The notes under the pieces are model-generated. The model saw nothing but the letters and a program-made list of their open reading frames with translations, searched no databases and was not told where the DNA came from. From Atribacterota bacterium (GTDB lineage Bacteria > Atribacterota > Phoenicimicrobiia > Phoenicimicrobiales > Stramentimicrobiaceae), in NCBI GenBank assembly GCA_040767965.1, contig JAXGNR010000004.1:320001-384000 (forward strand): DNA of 64,000 bases, in the 5' to 3' direction. Made by a program: the position numbers and the translations under genes. This document shows positions 60,191 through 64,000 of the stretch, one piece after another; the stretch's first letter is position 1; each line of letters opens with the position of its first letter.

Positions 60191-61183
60191 ATGTTTAGCA
60201 AAAAAAGTTTTTCATGTTTACTGTTAGTTTTACTGCTGATTGCTAGCGCTACTTTTGCTGTAAGCGCACAGAGTAACCAGAGAATTGTTGTTTCAACAGG
60301 AGGGACCGGTGGCGTTTACTATCCTTTAGGTGGTGCAATGGCAGATATTTGGTCTGATAAGGTTGATGGTGTTTTGGCTAGCTCAGCATCCTCAGGTGCT
60401 TCAGTAGAGAATGTAAACCTGCTACATCATGGAGAAGTACAACTTGCTCTTATTCAAAACGATATAGCCTATTATGCCTTTAATCAGGAAGAGATGTTCG
60501 CTGCTGAAGGACCTTCTGCTGTTCCAGAACCCTTGAATAAGCTGCGCTGGTTAGCTAGTCTTTACCCTGAAGTAGTACAGGTAATTGCTTCAGCAGATGC
60601 AGGTATTGACACTATTAGTGATTTAAAAGGAAAAAGAATTGCCGTTGGTGCCCCTGGTAGCGGTCATGAAGCAAATGCCCGTCAAATTTTGATGGCTCAT
60701 GGATTCAGTTACGATGATTTTGCCAGAGTAGACTTTATTATGCATACAGAAGCAGGAGATGCAATTAAAGACGGTCATTTAGATGCTTATTTTACAACTG
60801 CCGGGATTCCAACAGCCAGTGCCGTAGATATTTTCAGCACTCACGATGTTAAGCTGGTCAGAGTTGAAAATGAAATGGCAGAAAATATTGTAGAAGAATG
60901 GCCATTTTATGCTAAATTTACCATACCTGCAGGAACTTATAGCGGTCAGGATGAACCAGTAGAAACTCTGGCAGTAATGGCTGCTTTACTTATCAACGCT
61001 GATGTTGAAGAAGACCTGGCATACAACTTAACTAAAGCCCTATTTGAAAACCTGGATGTAATGGCAGCAACACATCAACGTGGTGCTGATATTACATTAG
61101 AGGGAGCCTTGGAAGGACAGGCATTGGAGCTACATCCTGGTGTTGCTAAATATTATGAAGAAGTAGGAGCCTTAAACAAATAG
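60191..61183 (+). CDS. TAXI family TRAP transporter solute-binding subunit
   Basis: TGGTGGVYYPLG, GASVEN, LYPE, DLKGKR and LHPG. Confidence 0.93.
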   Translation: MFSKKSFSCLLLVLLLIASATFAVSAQSNQRIVVSTGGTGGVYYPLGGAMADIWSDKVDGVLASSASSGASVENVNLLHHGEVQLALIQNDIAYYAFNQEEMFAAEGPSAVPEPLNKLRWLASLYPEVVQVIASADAGIDTISDLKGKRIAVGAPGSGHEANARQILMAHGFSYDDFARVDFIMHTEAGDAIKDGHLDAYFTTAGIPTASAVDIFSTHDVKLVRVENEMAENIVEEWPFYAKFTIPAGTYSGQDEPVETLAVMAALLINADVEEDLAYNLTKALFENLDVMAATHQRGADITLEGALEGQALELHPGVAKYYEEVGALNK

Positions 61184-61249
61184 GCTTTTTCAATGAATAA
61201 TAGCATAGGTCAGAAAAAAAAGAACTGGTTTCTTGATAAAGTTTGCCCT

Positions 61250-61714
61250 ATGCTATTATATTTTTTGAATCTTCTATTTATAGTGTCTTTATTTTTAATT
61301 TTTCTGCTTTCGCCTGTGTCTTATCTAAGAATAGCAAATAAAGACAATCAGGAATTATTTTCTAAAAAAAATGTTTCTGAGTTTCAAATAACACACATTC
61401 ACTCTGTTGCCAAATCTCTGGTAAAAGATTTTTACGAAATACATGATTATTCTTCAATTATCCAAAACAGAATGGAATATCATGATTATGGAGCTGGCTT
61501 ACCTACTGCCATTGATAATGGAAATTTTCAAATAATAAATGAAACAATGGTATTGTCTGATTTAAATTATGAGTTTAACGAAATAAGAATTATGGTAGGG
61601 CGTTATTCTGATCAAAAAATTGTCTTTACTGATGAAATAATCACTCTTAGTGAAATTGCAGATCCAGGTCAACTTTTAATTCTGAAACCTGGAATGACAT
61701 TTAAAGTATTTTGA
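61250..61714 (+). CDS. DUF1850 domain protein (TAXI-associated); start may instead be at 61193
   Basis: HIHSV and YGAGLP motifs; lies between the TAXI SBP and the fused permease. Confidence 0.8.
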   Translation: MLLYFLNLLFIVSLFLIFLLSPVSYLRIANKDNQELFSKKNVSEFQITHIHSVAKSLVKDFYEIHDYSSIIQNRMEYHDYGAGLPTAIDNGNFQIINETMVLSDLNYEFNEIRIMVGRYSDQKIVFTDEIITLSEIADPGQLLILKPGMTFKVF

Positions 61715-61968
61715 AATTTATTTTTTATATATTCTTTTGCTCAAAGATATTCTATACTATAATAAATTATAATAATTAATTATAGTAATTATTATAATTA
61801 TGATAAAAGTATACTGAAATAATAAATTTAAGAAAATATATTTTATTTCAGCAATATTTTTATATTGTTATTTTTTATTATTTTATATTATAAGCATGGT
61901 AAATACTCACATAAGATGAGCGATTGCCCCTCAGATTGATTTGCCAAAAAGAAAGGTGGAAAACTAAG

Positions 61969-64000
61969 TTGGATAAAAAAGACAAAAGACTAGATGCCAG
62001 TAAAAAGGAAGAAAAGAAGCTAACAAAAAATATACAGGGCAATAATACCGGGAATATTGTTGATGAAGAAAATAATAATATTGATACCAAAAATACTGCA
62101 GAGAAAACAATTTCTAAAGCTGAACTGGAAGAGATGCTTGATCCAACCAGGGATGTGCAAGGCATTTCTAAAAAAATAATATTTATAATAGCAATAACCA
62201 TGTCTTTATTTCATCTTTACACTGCTGGTTTTGGTCTTTTGCTCTCAGCAATACAGCGTTCTTATCATCTGATGTTTGTTTTCGCATTAGGATTTTTACT
62301 TTACCCTGCCAGCAAAAATTCTTCTAAAACAAAAATACCTTTTTATGATTGGGTACTGGTAGCGGTTGGAATTGCAGTTACTTATTATATTCCAAACAAT
62401 TATGAACAGTTAATAAGAAGAGGAGGATTACCTACCCAGATTGATGTTGTAATGGGAGTCCTTTGCATCCTTCTGGTTCTTGAATTAACCAGAAGAGCAG
62501 TAGGAATAGCTTTGCCTTTAATCGCTATGGGGTTTTTATTGTATGGCCATTATGGGTATATTATTCCAGGAAGATTAGGGCATATTGGCTACAGTGTAAG
62601 ACGTTTAGTAAATCAAATGTATATGACTACTGAAGGTATATTCGGTACCCCACTAGGGGTGTCGGCCACCTTTGTTTTTATGTTTATTTTATTTGGCTCT
62701 TTTCTGGAGATAACAGGAGTAGGTCAATTTTTTATAGATATTGCTTTTGCTGCAGCAGGTCATATGCGTGGAGGACCCGCTAAGGCGGCTGTTATAGCAA
62801 GTGGTTTTATGGGTTCAATTTCTGGAAGTTCTGTTGCCAACACGGTTACTACAGGTAACTTTACTATCCCTCTCATGAAGAAAGTAGGATATAACCGTAA
62901 CTTTGCCGGAGCAGTTGAAGCGGCTGCCTCAACTGGTGGTCAGATATTGCCTCCTGTAATGGGCGCAGCTGCTTTCATCATGTCTGAATTTACCGGTATT
63001 GCTTATATAAAAATTATTATATCTGCTGCGATTCCAGCTTTATTGTATTATGCCGGCGTTTTAACCATGGTTCACCTGGAAGCCTGTAAACAAGGGTTGA
63101 AGGGTTTACAGAAAAAAGAATTACCCAACTTTAAAAAAATATTTAAAGATGGATTTCATTTAATTTTACCGATAGTTGCGCTATTGTATTTTTTAGTGAT
63201 ATATTCTCCTTTAAGAGCTGCTTTTTTAGCTATTGGTCTTTCTATTCTATGCAGTTTACTCAGGAAACATACAAGAATTAAATTTACTGATTTATTTATA
63301 GCTCTTGAGGATGGAGCTAGAAAAGCTATCGGTGTAGCGGTCGCCTGTGCCTGTGCTGGAATTATAGTGGGGGTTGTTACTTTAACAGGATTAGGGCTGG
63401 CATTTGGTGGCGTTATTGTGAGATTGGCATCAGGAATGTTACTGCCAACTTTAATTTTAACAATGTTAGCATCTATAATACTAGGGATAGGATTACCAAC
63501 TACCCCTAAATATATTATCCTGGCAACCATGGCTGTTCCGGCTATAATTTCATTTGGTGTTCCAATGCTGGCAGCCCATTTGTTTGTTCTGTATTTTGGA
63601 GTATTAGCTGATGTAACTCCTCCAGTTGCACTGGCTGCTTATGCCGGTGCAGGAATAGCTGGCGGTAATCAGGTTAAAACAGGTTTAATTGCTTTAAAAT
63701 TAGCCATGGCTGGTTTTATAGTTCCCTTCGTTTTTGCCATTAAACCAACCATGCTACTTGTTAACGTAACATTTTTCGATGCTGCTCTGGCAGTTGTAAC
63801 TGCATTTATTGGAGTAGTTGGATTGGGTGCAGCTGTAGAAGGATATTTGATAACTTATACCAGAATACATGATCGTCTTTTGTTATTATTGTCTTCTTTA
63901 ACCCTTCTTTTTCCGGGCATTGCCTCAGATATAGGCGGGTTCATCTTTTTTGGACTGGTTATTTTAATTCAAAATAAGAGGGTAAAAGACGAAAAATTAA
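61969..64000 (+). CDS. TRAP transporter fused 4TM/12TM permease (3' end outside window; absent from the ORF track)
   Basis: TTG start after GAAAGGTGG; frame open to the window end with GGPAK, SGSSVANTVTTG, ASTGGQILPPVMGA, GLPTT and DVTPPVALAA. Confidence 0.92.
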   Translation, partial: MDKKDKRLDASKKEEKKLTKNIQGNNTGNIVDEENNNIDTKNTAEKTISKAELEEMLDPTRDVQGISKKIIFIIAITMSLFHLYTAGFGLLLSAIQRSYHLMFVFALGFLLYPASKNSSKTKIPFYDWVLVAVGIAVTYYIPNNYEQLIRRGGLPTQIDVVMGVLCILLVLELTRRAVGIALPLIAMGFLLYGHYGYIIPGRLGHIGYSVRRLVNQMYMTTEGIFGTPLGVSATFVFMFILFGSFLEITGVGQFFIDIAFAAAGHMRGGPAKAAVIASGFMGSISGSSVANTVTTGNFTIPLMKKVGYNRNFAGAVEAAASTGGQILPPVMGAAAFIMSEFTGIAYIKIIISAAIPALLYYAGVLTMVHLEACKQGLKGLQKKELPNFKKIFKDGFHLILPIVALLYFLVIYSPLRAAFLAIGLSILCSLLRKHTRIKFTDLFIALEDGARKAIGVAVACACAGIIVGVVTLTGLGLAFGGVIVRLASGMLLPTLILTMLASIILGIGLPTTPKYIILATMAVPAIISFGVPMLAAHLFVLYFGVLADVTPPVALAAYAGAGIAGGNQVKTGLIALKLAMAGFIVPFVFAIKPTMLLVNVTFFDAALAVVTAFIGVVGLGAAVEGYLITYTRIHDRLLLLLSSLTLLFPGIASDIGGFIFFGLVILIQNKRVKDEKL

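Noticed and set aside
61765-61799. 14-bp AT-only inverted repeat (AATTATAATAATTA / TAATTATTATAATT)
   Set aside because: Low-complexity sequence in an extremely AT-rich gap; chance cannot be excluded.
61878-63530. Minus-strand ORFs 61878-62201 and 63156-63530
   Set aside because: Antisense to the TRAP fused permease.
1-64000. CRISPR arrays, tRNA/rRNA, IS elements, prophage or integrase
   Set aside because: No regularly spaced repeats, cloverleaf or rRNA motifs, or transposase/integrase ORFs seen by eye.

Overview
An AT-rich, gene-dense chromosomal window from an anaerobe-like bacterium. It combines Firmicutes-style RNA regulation (T-box, PyrR sites) with a sigma-54 system; a deep-branching lineage such as Atribacterota is only a guess. 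I saw no rRNA, tRNA, CRISPR array, transposase or prophage. Most genes are housekeeping or transport: tupABC, proBA, pyrBICFKDE, guaB, coaX, pepF, suhB, nnr, tatD, htrA with a two-component system, and SSS, NSS, ABC, ECF and TRAP-TAXI transporters. The most unusual locus is 23147-30020. It encodes a 1665-aa protein that appears to join an HD phosphohydrolase, HEAT-like repeats, a NadD-like nucleotidyltransferase, a GNAT-like segment and a type I PRTase motif. This gene is translationally coupled to a catalytically altered LDH/MDH-fold protein, followed by a nicotinamidase, and lies back-to-back with the NAD(P)HX repair gene. Notable cis-elements: a P3-less Moco/Tuco-type riboswitch before tupABC; a Pro T-box; two PyrR-type sites; a Tyr-codon attenuator with relayed tandem terminators and an in-frame stop in its leader; and a sigma-54 promoter with two upstream 17-bp boxes before htrA. 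All calls come from motif recognition by eye; no searches were run.
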